DNA from: Eukaryota sp. TZLM1-RC
Taxonomy: Eukaryota; Protista; Metamonada: BaSk clade
Assembly: GCA_040285825.1 (NCBI GenBank)
Contig: JAUPSS010000004.1
Coordinates: forward strand, 4,865,784 to 4,929,783
DNA: 64,000 nucleotides
Reading direction: 5' to 3'
The position numbers and the translations under genes are program-made. Shown one piece after another: positions 9,997-21,449 of this stretch. The notes below the pieces were generated by a model. That model had not been told where the DNA came from. It ran no database searches and was given only the letters and a program-made list of their open reading frames with translations. The stretch's first letter is position 1; each line of letters starts with the position of its first letter.

Positions 9997-12266
9997 CATG
10001 ATGATCATTTTAAACAAATAAAAGATTTAATAATTAATCACATGCCCCTTGAATTACCAGCTCCGGGCAAGCGTGTATTAATAAGTACTGACGCATCAAT
10101 TGTAGCAGTAGGAGGTTTTATTTGGCAGGAAATTGAACCATACTCTCCTGCAGGAACCTTGCTGAATAAAAGGAAAGTGAAACCTTTGTCGTTCTGTAGT
10201 AGATTACTTACAGAAACACAAAGAAAATGGTCCACTTTACAGAAAGAATTATATGTAATACTTCTGATTTTAACTGAAAGTTGTTTAGAAAGCTACGTTT
10301 TGACTAGACATCTAACAAATTTCACTGATCACAAATATATTGCATTCCTGGCTACAGCCCCAGAGAAAAACAGAACTGTAAAGAGATGGCTGCCGATACT
10401 ATCTGAATTCGCCTTTGATATAGTCCATGAACCAGGTGAAGATAACCACTGGGCAGATATGCTATCGAGGAATATTGATTTAGATCAAAACGAGGAAACT
10501 CCTTCTATCTGTAGTATAAATATACCAGATACTTTACTTTCGAATTACGGGATACCTCCACTAGACGATGATTCTGATTCGGACTTCGAAGATATCCCAT
10601 CAATTTCATCCCTAAGTAGACACCAGGACCTACCTATTTTTTCTTCTTGGTTCTCTAAAATAAGAGCTGAACAACAAATAGCCAAAAACAACAATGACTC
10701 TCTATTTGAAAATGCAATTCTAGATGAAAATACTCAAATTTGGAAAAATAATAAAAATAAAATTTCAATTCCAAAAAGCCTCAGAAAACAGACTATTAAT
10801 ACATGGATTCGTTCAATCTCGCCACCCCAGCAAAAACGACAGTTTACATAAACTGTCTAAAAGCGCTTTTTCTGGCCTAATATGAGAAAGGACCTCATAT
10901 ACCATATCAAAAGATGCCCAACTTGTCAAAAAACGGCACCAGTCAAAAGAACAAAAACACCTTCCACAGGTTCCCTTTGGGCAGATCGTCCTTTTGCTAG
11001 ATTAAATGTCGATACAATTGGACCTCTGAATACTGATAGCGATGGTAATAAATACTTGTTAGTATCTGTAGATTCTTTTACTGGATATTCAATTTTAGTC
11101 CCTCTAAAGGAACTCAACGCTTTAAAGACCGCAGACGCTTTAATTTGGAACGTTTGCGCAATTTTTGGCATACCTATGTTAATTAATTAGTGATAATGGT
11201 CCTGAGTTCGCCAATGAGACTTTTAAGATAGTGTGTAACAGATTAGCTATTGAGACGAGTAACTCAATACCCCACTACTCTGAAAGTAATGGACTTGTAG
11301 AACGTAAACATAGAGACGTTTTACAATGCTTGAGGAAATTATTAATAGATTTTAATGATTATGGAAATTGGTCTACTTATGTACCCATATCCCAACTATT
11401 AATAAATTCCACTAAAAGCAAAAGAACAGGTTTTACACCATACGAACTTATGTTTGGATCTTCGATTAGTCCATGATCGGACCCTGCAAATATATTAGGA
11501 AACTTATCAAAATTTGATTCCAAAATTCCTTTATTAGATGATATTAAATTGAAAAATATTCGTCTGCAAGAAAAAAGGGAAGAAGCAGAGCATCATCAAT
11601 CATCAAATATTCCGACTTCAGTAGACAATACTAATTCGCGTTTTATAGTATTTAATATTGGCGACTATGTCCTTCGTAAAACCAAACAAAATAATAAATG
11701 ACATGGATCTTGGAACGGACCCTTTTTAGTAATAGATCATCCTTCCAACTCTACTTTATTATTGAAGAATCTTACCACTGGCACCGAATTAAAGGCTGCT
11801 AAACAAGATTGCAAAATCTATAACGCCGAGAATCCGCAGGATAACGAATTTCTTAAGGCAGTCGCAGCAGGCGCTGCTGAGAAACATGTTATAGAGAAAA
11901 TCCTCTCAGAATATAGTTCTGACTCAGGTAGTTTCTGTACTGTTCAATGGTTTGGCGGTGAGACAACAGAAGAGCATCTCCATTCAGTTAAACACTCAGA
12001 AGCTTATAAGTTGTTCAGTAAGAATAACAAGAAAATTGGAAAACGTACTACTAGTCAACGTAAAAGTACCTCCAATAACTCTACGCCTTACAAGAGGCCT
12101 AGACGCAGTACTAGAATTAGGAAGTGATGCTAATTCTTAGTTTATATAGATTATTTGTAGTTATTTAGTTATTTGTTTATAGTTTAGTTCATATTCATGT
12201 AAGCTGATTGATTTTGAAAAAGGGGAAGTAAAATACAGTTGTAAAATAGCAGTGTAGCAGAAGCAG

Positions 12267-12347
12267 TGTTGGCGCCCTTAGGCTTTTATAATATGAATAG
12301 AAAATAAATTAGCTTTATCCTAACCACTTTTCCAACCTACGGCATCA
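12267..12347 (+). repeat. 3' LTR of element 1 (81 bp)
   Basis: 80/81 identical to 6220-6300; followed by TSD TTTG. Confidence 0.9.
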
Positions 12348-12734
12348 TTTGAGGATCTGTGTAAATGGGAGAGGTATGTTGATCATTGGTGCACCGAATT
12401 CAGTGTGTTCAATTAGTATTTAGAAGGCCTGGTGAATAATCACACCATTTATTCCCTTTTGCTTTAATGAAACGACCATGTATTATTACTGGGAGACAAC
12501 AATGCTGATTAAACCATAGCCCTCAACAAATCAAAGTTGTTTTACACCGTGTCCTAATATAAAACGTGATAGGCAATTACTAATCAAAAAGAGAACCAAA
12601 CCAAAGGCTTAAATGAATTATTTATAAATAAATAATAATGTACTTACACAGAAAATAACCAAAACTACCAAAAAGGACAGAAATTTGATTAATCAAAACC
12701 AGAACAATCTATAATACAATCAATCCCAAATCAA

Positions 12735-13697
12735 TCACGATAAATAACCCTCTTCAAAACCACTATTACCCTCAATAACAGAAGTAAGCTTTGAAATTGC
12801 CTGACTTATCAAACTAATTCTCTCCACAAGCCCTTCTTCTACACTACCAATCTTCCTCCATACCTCTTCTTTGAAATGGTACATCTCGTTATCAAGTGAA
12901 TCTAATCTACTTGAAATAGAATGATTGGTGTCAGACACATGTGAAACTTTTGCTATAACTAAATCTAATTGCTGATTAAAGTTTTCGTTTAATTTCTTCA
13001 TTTTTGTGTAAATATCTGACACGTCATCGTGAGTAACCATTTCCTTTTTCAAACTACCCACATTATCAGCCATCATTGAAATATCTCTAGCCAGTAAGGC
13101 TGAAGTCTCCCCAGACTCCCTTTCAACTTGCTCAACCCAATGCCTAAGATCCCCAACATTGTTATGCACGGTCTCCTTCGCTTTATCTTCCGCAATAGAG
13201 GATAATCGACTGGTAATATCCTCAGTGGCTTCACTTACAATTTGCTTTAAATTCCGCACCTCTGATTTTTTGATCAATTGCCGAACATCAGATAAAGAAG
13301 CCAGACCTTCTCTATTTTCTACAATGTCTTCATACTGTGTGTTAAGAGTACCGTACTGCTCTCTTAAAAAATTCAGATTGGAGGAGATTTTGGAGATGGT
13401 GCCGGTAATTTCAGACAATGTGTCATGTACTTCTTGTATCTCCGACTTTGAAGCAGAATTGTGAAGAGCAGAGCGATATTTCGAAAGTTCACGGTCTGTT
13501 TCTAAAGCTTGTGCACTAACAGCAGCGCGAATAGTATCAGCTTCCTCTATAACGGCATCAGATAGAGTCACAAAAGCTGATCTGAGTGCACGAACTTGAG
13601 AGGTGACAGAAAGTTGGGCATCGGCATCTTGTTGTAGGGTGCGAATAGCTGATTTAAGTTGGGCAACCTCTGAAGAAGACTTGCGTTTTGGGGCCAT
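12735..13697 (-). CDS. Coiled-coil protein of unknown function
   Basis: 320-aa intact ORF with helical heptad composition. Confidence 0.7.
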   Translation of the reverse strand: MAPKRKSSSEVAQLKSAIRTLQQDADAQLSVTSQVRALRSAFVTLSDAVIEEADTIRAAVSAQALETDRELSKYRSALHNSASKSEIQEVHDTLSEITGTISKISSNLNFLREQYGTLNTQYEDIVENREGLASLSDVRQLIKKSEVRNLKQIVSEATEDITSRLSSIAEDKAKETVHNNVGDLRHWVEQVERESGETSALLARDISMMADNVGSLKKEMVTHDDVSDIYTKMKKLNENFNQQLDLVIAKVSHVSDTNHSISSRLDSLDNEMYHFKEEVWRKIGSVEEGLVERISLISQAISKLTSVIEGNSGFEEGYLS

Positions 13698-13750
13698 AAA
13701 ATGGAAAAGTGGTGTTGGAGGAGAAGGAACAAATTCATTTGAACTTAAAG

Positions 13751-14321
13751 CAATGTTAGAATTACTGAACTAGCTCGGCCGAACGTTCGGCACCTACTGA
13801 TACGTTGGGTTAGTTCGGCATCTCGTTTTGATTCATTAATATCAAAACGCTGTTTATCTCCTCCTTATACTATTACACTCACTATCAACCAACAAAGTAA
13901 ACTTTTATTCAGAAAGTTCTACAACATCTAAATCTAGGTCATTAACCTAGGACAGTGTTTATATCCTTGACAGAAATGGTGGATAATTGAGTACATAAGG
14001 CATATCCAGCTCTATACTCCTTAATGAAATGGGAGGAAAAGCGACGGGCTGAACCTTTTAGCATTTTACTGCAGCAGCGGCACTGTGAAGTAATACTTTT
14101 GGACACTTTATCGTAATTAACGTTGTCCAGAAGTTTGTAAACAGGGTGCTTTGGCATTGAAGAAAGTTGATGTAAAGAAGGGAATTTATGTATGAATACA
14201 GATTTTTAAACAATGAAATCCATTGTAGTATGGATTTGGGAAAACATCTTTAAACAAAACTGTGTTGACACGTGTAAATGAACAAAAACTAGTTCGGCGT
14301 ACGTTCGGAATTCTAACATTG
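13751..14321 (-). mobile_element. Non-autonomous hAT element (571 bp) with BED-finger remnant
   Basis: 13-bp TIRs CAATGTTAGAATT, 8-bp TSD ACTTAAAG (13743-13750, 14322-14329), GTTCGG subterminal repeats. ORF 13942-14157 has a BED-like QCRCCSKMLKGSARRFSSHF. Confidence 0.85.
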
Positions 14322-14329
14322 ACTTAAAG

Positions 14330-14803
14330 TTCGAAATCACACATGTGTCACACTGCCACACAGTGTGGTAAAAAATTCACACCGCACCGCACATCAAGTA
14401 AATCTCAAGAATCATTCTTATTCTGTTGCAGTAATTTTCATATGGCTATACCTGACTTAGTGAACAAGAATCCAGTCTTTAAATGCATAACTCACAAACA
14501 CTATAACAACAGCAGAAAACACCGTCATATCAAATTACGGCTGACAAAGTAGCATTTGTTATGGTCAACTTAAGGATTTCTACAAGGAACACCTCTACAG
14601 CCAAAAAAAGGTAAACATGAAGATTTTCCTGAATGGATAGGTGAAGTAATTGTTATGGAAGAGTAGTTTATGTTGATAGTTTCAGTAGTTCTAATGTTTG
14701 ATAAAATTTATTCTAACATAATGTAATGGTCATGGGTCACAAGTTTATCATTTAACTATAAATGTAATAAAATCACACAGTGTGGCGGTGTGTTCGAACA
14801 CTG
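14330..14803 (+). mobile_element. Older hAT-like deletion derivative
   Basis: Subterminal inverted repeats at 14349-14367 and 14774-14792 (17/19). The right end reads CAGTGTTCGAA on the minus strand. Internal TADKVAFVMVNLR resembles the end of the hAT dimerisation domain. Confidence 0.5.
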
Positions 14804-14841
14804 TTTCAACTTTAATAAATTCAAGTCCTAAATTAAATTTT

Positions 14842-15456
14842 CTTATCGTTTATCATTACATGATGCTGTTAGAAACACTGACTTTAATGCGGCACAAAAT
14901 GCAAGAATCTCCTGTATCAAAGAGCCTCTGCTGAAAGAAACACTGTCATTGAATAATTTTGGTTCTGATGACAGAGGTGATGTATACTGTGATTGGATTG
15001 AGAAGTCTGTTGTTGACTTTGTCTCCTGTAATGTTTCAAATGACACTTTGGTTCGAAGAAGAAAATTTAATCCTGTATATGCTCTTCAATTTAAAGCCAA
15101 AGAGAAACAAAGAAAATATGGCAAAGATATCGAAGAAGCTGATAGAAATAGACCAATTGTTTTTATTGCTTTCCCATTTTCGAAAAACGGAAGACTATCG
15201 GCAGAAGCAGGAACTTTTTGGAATGATTTCGAAAAAATGGTTCAAGAAAAAACAATGAAAAGATTTGATATTGTTCTATGGCGCTCTCGAATTCAATTTG
15301 CCATTATTAATACATTATCTCGGTTTTTCAATCGAATTAGAGAAACTTTAGAGAGACAGCAAGCAGATCAAGATTTTGTAGATGAAATCTGGGTTCAATG
15401 AATTTCGTCCCATTAGTTATGAGTTTATTTTGTTAAGTGTGGAAGTTTAATAAATA
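14842..15456 (+). mobile_element. 5'-truncated CRE-like RLE non-LTR retrotransposon (family A)
   Basis: HDAVR..KEPLL..RGDVYCDW..VVDF..KEK..KY..PFSKNGRL endonuclease domain; family-A 3' UTR ending AATAAA. Confidence 0.85.
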
Positions 15457-16121
15457 CATCAGTGTATTAGTCAAAATCAATTTAAAGCAAGTCTCAACAA
15501 GAAACTTGGTAATAAAGGTGAAATTTCAACAATAGTTGATGAAAAGCACCGAATTCATTAATTGAAGGTGAATAACCAAAATTTCGAAATTTAGAACATT
15601 AAAACAAAAATGCCAATGAGCAGCTTTGGAATTGTTCACCAAGAGGGCAATTTTTTCAATTTTATTTGTGCTTTGCTAAGATGATTCTCTTGGCCCAAAA
15701 AATTTATCAAATTTGTCAGCTTGGCCCAAACTTTTTTTCTCACTATACTATAAGTTTTGGTATAAAAGTAGCAAATCAGTTGAAGCTGGATCTAGACATT
15801 TAGATATCAAACTGGTAATTCACTCTGAATAAATCAGAATTATTAAATTTAAATGGATTATGAAGAATTATCAAATAACTGATCCAAGTCAATCAACATA
15901 ATATTATACATCAATGCTTAACAATGGACAAGAGCATCTTCGTATCGTTCTAGAGGAGAAATGGGCTCACTGAGTACGGTGGCCAATTATTCGAAGATTC
16001 TAGCACGTCTGTGGACGATCTCAGCAAAGATGAAAGTTCTTGTAACAAGTTTGAATGATGCTTGACGAATGAATGCTTTGATTTTATAATAAAATTTTTA
16101 TTTATTTGGTAATTTGTATCA

Positions 16122-17894
16122 ATGCTCAACATTGGACTGCTACTGCCAAGTGGGTCACGGTCCAGCAGTCCTTCTATCGTTGCCAATGAGTCATCTTTTA
16201 TAGCATATTCTTCCTCAGACAACCCTTCCATTTATCCATTCAAACACGTGTACACTCCATCCACACCATTCTACAATATCTACCAATCACAGATCCAGCC
16301 ACTTCTCCAACACGGTCAAAACATCTGCATCAACCTCATTGGTCCTCAACAACTTCGTAATACCCTTCTCCTGGGTTATCCCCAAAACTCTGCCAAACTC
16401 ACCTATGAACACTTCTCTTCATCTCTGCTTGGTCTCATTCTCTCCTCTGTTTTCACCTCCCAAACCTCGATCTCTCTTTCCTGGTTCAACAATGACACCC
16501 ACAACGAACTGTTTTCTTCCCCCAAGCTCAAACCCCCTACCTCAATGCCCTCACTACGCCATGCCGTCTCTGCTGTACTTTCACTACCCTTTTCCTCCAC
16601 GTCTTCCAACTCTGTCATTGAAATCACTTGTACCCCAAACTCCAAAGCTCCCCCTCTAATCATCACAATTGTATCATTTGGCCCTTCCTCTTCTCTCTCC
16701 TTCCCTCCTTGTGTCTCTTCTGTCTTGAATTCCATGGAAAGTAAACGTCCTCATGCAGGCTTTTCTAGATCAAGGTTGACTAAACCTTTGCATAACTATT
16801 GGTGTAGGAACGGAAAGGGGATCACATTGACACTTGTCAGTGGTCAACCTGATCTCTTTTCGGAGTGCAACTCAACATTGAAATTTTCATCACGTGTGGC
16901 GTCTTGTCTTTCTTCTATTCCTCCCTCCCCAAGAACTTTTGTCAACCCCTCTCCAATTCCCACACCCAGATCTGACCCTCCACCTAGTGCCTCTTCTCTC
17001 CACTCACCTCAGACTCCACGAACAGAGATTTCAATGACGCCAAGGAGTCCGATAGTGGTTGATGTAGGTCATAGGTTGAGAGAGCTAAGTAAAAGTAGTT
17101 TAAGGTTTGAAACTAGGAGAGATGAAGATGAAGAAAGAGATGAAAGGAAGGAAAAGTTTAAAAAGGAAACTAATCAGGTGAGAAAGGAGGTCAGAAATGA
17201 TAGTAATGATGTGAGAGATCACATTCCGTCAAGAGAAGTCGCGACACTTCAAAATCATTTGAAACATACACGAAACGAACTCAAGGAAGTACATACACAT
17301 AGAGTTGTTCTAGAAAGCCAATTAGCCAGATTGAAAGAGGATAATGAGAGCAAATCAAGTGAAATTAATTCATTAAGAGAAAAACTATCTGCAAAGAGCA
17401 ATATTATTAGAAGGTTAGAAAAAGAAAAAGATAAACTTTGCTTGGAAAACGAAAGACTGGTCAAGGCAAGTCAACATGATGAAGATCTTTCGGCGACCAT
17501 AGTGTCTTTGAGAAGGGAAATTAAAAAGTTGAATAATGGTTACGAAAAGGTCAAAAAGGAACGTGATCAACTAAAAAATGATTTATCTGAACATTTGGAA
17601 ATGAGCATGTCAAAAAATTCAGATTTTGATAATTTATTACAGAGTAGTGATGAGTTACAACTGAAACTAGAATCGGAAACTTCCCGTCGAATTGAACTGG
17701 AAGAACAAGTTTATGAGCTTTCTGAGAGTCTAAAAGAAGAGTTATCAAGAAAAAATGACATTTTGGATCAGGAGCAACTAGTGAGGCAAGCGACACATAA
17801 AAGGACTCAGAAATTAGTATTTGATTTGGAGAATAGAATAAAAGAATTAACTAGAGAAAATCAGGAATTAAATTCAATGATTTTCAAAAACTAA
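16122..17894 (+). CDS. Kinesin motor-like protein with degenerate nucleotide motifs and coiled-coil tail
   Basis: PFKHVY..IQPLLQHGQNICINLIG, HAGFSRSRLTKPL (HxPyRxSKLTxlL-like) and ECNSTLKFSSRV (EtxsTLxFaxR), then a long coiled coil. Confidence 0.7.
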   Translation: MLNIGLLLPSGSRSSSPSIVANESSFIAYSSSDNPSIYPFKHVYTPSTPFYNIYQSQIQPLLQHGQNICINLIGPQQLRNTLLLGYPQNSAKLTYEHFSSSLLGLILSSVFTSQTSISLSWFNNDTHNELFSSPKLKPPTSMPSLRHAVSAVLSLPFSSTSSNSVIEITCTPNSKAPPLIITIVSFGPSSSLSFPPCVSSVLNSMESKRPHAGFSRSRLTKPLHNYWCRNGKGITLTLVSGQPDLFSECNSTLKFSSRVASCLSSIPPSPRTFVNPSPIPTPRSDPPPSASSLHSPQTPRTEISMTPRSPIVVDVGHRLRELSKSSLRFETRRDEDEERDERKEKFKKETNQVRKEVRNDSNDVRDHIPSREVATLQNHLKHTRNELKEVHTHRVVLESQLARLKEDNESKSSEINSLREKLSAKSNIIRRLEKEKDKLCLENERLVKASQHDEDLSATIVSLRREIKKLNNGYEKVKKERDQLKNDLSEHLEMSMSKNSDFDNLLQSSDELQLKLESETSRRIELEEQVYELSESLKEELSRKNDILDQEQLVRQATHKRTQKLVFDLENRIKELTRENQELNSMIFKN

Positions 17895-18155
17895 AAACTT
17901 AATGTACATTATTCTTAATAAATAACAATTTATTATCATTTTATTTAGTTTGCCTGAACCTTTTAGACAGTGTTCAATTTCATAGTTTCTATTTAGTGCT
18001 CAATTGGATCAACTCAAAATTTAAAAGAAATCAAGGGAGGTAGCTTTTTTTTGAAAATTGAGCAAGTTTTAATAACATATAGTAATTCTTCAAAAAGTAC
18101 CCCAACTTAAATCAAGAAGAAGCAAAAGGACAAAGGTATTGAGTAAGTGAGTTTA

Positions 18156-19326
18156 GGTTTAGGTTGGACGAAGGCTTCTATTCTTACTCCATGTGCTTTT
18201 ATCGGTGTATGCAGAAATGCAATATTTGAGTTTTCTAAAAGATTTGCCGATTTGGAAGATTCACTAATGACAACACAAAGTTTCACTGTTTTTGCATTAA
18301 ATGAAGAAATTTCAAAAATTGATGTAGAAAAATGGAATCGATGCTTTCCCCAATCATTCAATGGTAATATTCCGGAAAAGAATTTTTAAATTTAAAATAC
18401 ACTCTTCGAACATTACAGAAATGATTGACTGGAATGTATGAAAATGATCTTTACAATAATATATGCAGCTCAGCTGTTTTAAATCAATAACTTCACTCAT
18501 TGTTATTGGAAAAGGGTGTTTGTGAAAACAAGTCATCAGATTCTTCACTGTTTGTAACCATTGTACCACGAAGATTTGAACTGTATGCAACTAATGAAGC
18601 GTTTGTAACAAATATGAGATTATATTTGAATATCCCCATTAATCAATTATTATCAAAAGAACAATGTATTTGTTCGAAATCACCTCAGCTCACTTTGTGG
18701 CATGCTCTGATTTGTTCGAAATTGATAACTTATCGTTCTTCATTACGTGATCCTGTTAGAGACATTGTTTATAACATGGCACAAACTGCAAGAATTTCGT
18801 GTATCAAAGAACCTCTGCTGATGGAAACACTGTCATTGAATAATTTTGGTTCTGATGATAGAGGTGATGTATACTGTGATTGGATTGATAACTCTGAAGC
18901 TGTTGTTGACTTTGGCTCATGTAATGTTGCAAATGACACTTTGGTTCATAGAAGAAAATCAAATCCTGTAGGTCCTCTTGAATTTAAAGCAAAAGAAGAA
19001 CATAGAAAATATGACAAAGATATCGAAGAGGCTAATGCTGGTAGAAATACACAGCCGGTTTTAATTGCTTTCCCATTTTTGATAAACGGAAGACTACCAG
19101 TAGAAGCAGAAACTTTTTTGAATGACTTCCAAAAAATGGTTTAGGAAAAAAAACGAAAAAATTTAATATTTTTTATGGCGTTCTCGGATTCAAATTGCCA
19201 TTATTATTAGATTACCTCGGTGTTTCAATCGAATTAGAGAAGCTTTAGCTAGACAGCAAGCAGATCAAGATTCTGTAGAGGAAATCTTGGTTCAAAGATT
19301 TTCGTCCCATTAATTATGAATTTATT
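18156..19326 (+). mobile_element. 5'-truncated CRE-like non-LTR copy (family A)
   Basis: GLGWTKAS..., CICSKSPQLTLWHALIC zinc finger, RGDVYCDW endonuclease; contains stops and frameshifts. Confidence 0.88.
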
Positions 19327-19688
19327 GGAAAAATGCCGCATTAAAGCACTGCTGCCATAAATAAGCAGAGAATTAAAAAGGAATACTTGTCAGGCAACCA
19401 AATAATAAAAGGATGGTAAAAAATGTGCTGAGCATAAATGTTTTAAAAAAATTATTTTTATTACAATAAAAGGCAATTGATGTGTTTCCTTTATAAAATG
19501 CGTTTCAATTAATTGTTCAATTGTAAAAAACCCAAACAATAAAGGACAGAAGAGGTACATTCAACCAATGCAAATTTTTAATGTTCTTAAATTCAAAACG
19601 AACATAGAATCGAATAAACACAGTCAATTTAAATATTGACTAAATATACAAATAAATTCACTATCAACATTAAATAGATATAGAAACA

Positions 19689-21449
19689 TCATGACCGTGA
19701 ATGCATAGTTTCTAATGTATCAAGTATATTCTTCCCATTCTGAGAAGAAACAGGGCCCACTTCAAGATTCAATTGTCCCTCTAGCGAAAGATCGTCATCA
19801 CTTATACTACTCAACGAACTATCACTTTCATAATTGGTTCCTTGGCTTATGACTGATTGGTCTGGCTTGGGCGGTTCAGTTCTAGGTAATGGTAAGGGAC
19901 TATCCAATCTTGGGGTTATGGAAGAATAACTAGCACTTCTGATGCGATCGTCTCTTCGCTTTACAACAGAAGAACGAGGAATGGGAGCTGCTGGGGTTGA
20001 ATCCCCTTTTCCCAATGAAGATGATGTTCCTTCTTTTACAATACCATTAGTTCCCACCCCAATAGAGCGTTTACTATTACTATTGGAGAGGGAACGTCGT
20101 TTTGGAACAGAGTTCAAGAGGGACTTGAGTTGGTTTGTGGATATTTCTGTATCAGGGTCAAACGATTCAAGCCCAATCTCCGAAGCAGCTTCAATGGCCA
20201 TCATGCTAGACTGTCTTGTACGTAGTCTTTCCTTGGAGGTAAACGAATCAGACACAGAAGGGGAGGCTGAATGTGTTCGGAAGAGATCTTCTGATCTCCT
20301 CGATGAGTTTACTGAAAGGGAGTTTTCAGTTACAACGGGAAGGTTTACCCATTGGGATTTGTTAGCCATTGTTGTTATCCTTTCAACATTTAATGTTAAC
20401 TGTGGCTCACTCTTTTTAACATTCCTAGTTTTCTCAGATTGTTGCACGGGAGGCTTTGGCGTAAGGGAAGGTCCTGCCGAAGACATACAGTGTTCCACCC
20501 ATGTCGAAGAGTTTGCCAATGATGTGACGAACTGGTGAAGAAGAAATGTAAAGGAAGTAACCACCTTTAACAGTGTAGCCTCCAACCATTCAACATCACT
20601 GAATTGATCCAAGGAAAGATGTGATAGAAGTTCTGCAGTGATTTGAGCATCTGTATTACCTGCACAGTTAAAAAACAGCACTGGGGCATCTGTTACCAGA
20701 AACAACTTCAATGTATCTGCTTCCTTTCTGTTCCCAGGCACCGACTCATTAACAGCAGCTTTCCATAAGTGTGGAAGAGAGGGACCACATCCACAAGATT
20801 CACACATTAATGATAGATCTTGCCTTAGTGCTGTAATTTCCTCAAGTTTAGTTTTTTTAAATAGTAAAGCTTGTTTAAACTGTGTTAGTGTCACTATACC
20901 AAATGTGTTTGATGCTAAAACTGTCATTGTTGACACTGCTTTTCTTGTCAAAGACATTGTAGATATAACCTCATCAGGCGAAAAGTTGGAATTGATGGAT
21001 TGAAAATATGAAATAATCGACAAATATAAAACATCATGAACAGTGAGATAAGAATAACTACAAACATCTAAAAAACCAAATAAATCTTCCACTGCCCTTA
21101 TCCATTCAGAGGAGGCACCATGTAGGGAGCGCAATATGGTGTTTTGGTAAAGTAAAAGTGCCTGGATCATTTGCTCTAGATTAGTCACAGTTTTTGAAGC
21201 GAATTTATCGGCAAGGTCACGGACAGAGAGCGAGTGGGAATGAATTGAGGGTGTTTCAATACCATGTTCGTTAGATACGATAGAGTTCATGAGGTCAATG
21301 AATTCAGCGTCAGTTATGGTATTTGAGAGCTTCCAATCCATGACCTTGAGAACATCAGAAGGGGAAGACTTGGAGTTTGAGAGGATGTGGACAATCTCAC
21401 GTTGAAGACTAAAGCAGAGACATCGCCACCGCTCCTCTGAAGTAGTCAT
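19689..21449 (-). CDS. Hypothetical protein (possible degenerate EF-hand; S/P-rich C-terminus)
   Basis: 586-aa intact ORF; LFGFLDVCSYSYLTVHDV is weakly EF-hand-like. Confidence 0.65.
   Translation of the reverse strand: MTTSEERWRCLCFSLQREIVHILSNSKSSPSDVLKVMDWKLSNTITDAEFIDLMNSIVSNEHGIETPSIHSHSLSVRDLADKFASKTVTNLEQMIQALLLYQNTILRSLHGASSEWIRAVEDLFGFLDVCSYSYLTVHDVLYLSIISYFQSINSNFSPDEVISTMSLTRKAVSTMTVLASNTFGIVTLTQFKQALLFKKTKLEEITALRQDLSLMCESCGCGPSLPHLWKAAVNESVPGNRKEADTLKLFLVTDAPVLFFNCAGNTDAQITAELLSHLSLDQFSDVEWLEATLLKVVTSFTFLLHQFVTSLANSSTWVEHCMSSAGPSLTPKPPVQQSEKTRNVKKSEPQLTLNVERITTMANKSQWVNLPVVTENSLSVNSSRRSEDLFRTHSASPSVSDSFTSKERLRTRQSSMMAIEAASEIGLESFDPDTEISTNQLKSLLNSVPKRRSLSNSNSKRSIGVGTNGIVKEGTSSSLGKGDSTPAAPIPRSSVVKRRDDRIRSASYSSITPRLDSPLPLPRTEPPKPDQSVISQGTNYESDSSLSSISDDDLSLEGQLNLEVGPVSSQNGKNILDTLETMHSRS

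Larger units (their letters stand above)
7472..12127 (+). pseudogene. pol of element 1 (protease, RT, RNase H, integrase, chromodomain), disrupted
   Basis: Protease ATIHSAAFCSV (DSGA decayed), LDLPKAF, RT FIND (YIDD decayed), STDASIVAVGG..QKELY..TDH..ADMLSR, CPTCQ, NVDTIG, DNGPEF, GLVERKHR, HVIEKIL..VQWFG. Multiple stops and frameshifts; interrupted at 8895-9996. Confidence 0.9.
6220..12347 (+). mobile_element. Decayed Ty3/Gypsy (chromovirus-like) LTR retrotransposon, element 1
   Basis: 81-bp direct repeats TG..CA (6220-6300, 12267-12347; 1 mismatch) and 4-bp TSD TTTG (6216-6219, 12348-12351). PR-RT-RNaseH-IN-chromodomain remnants are homologous to element 2. Confidence 0.92.

Noticed and set aside
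19942-20538. Antisense ORFs (also 52446-53006, 60899-61315 and those inside element 2)
   Set aside because: Shadow frames of real genes on the opposite strand, with no motifs.
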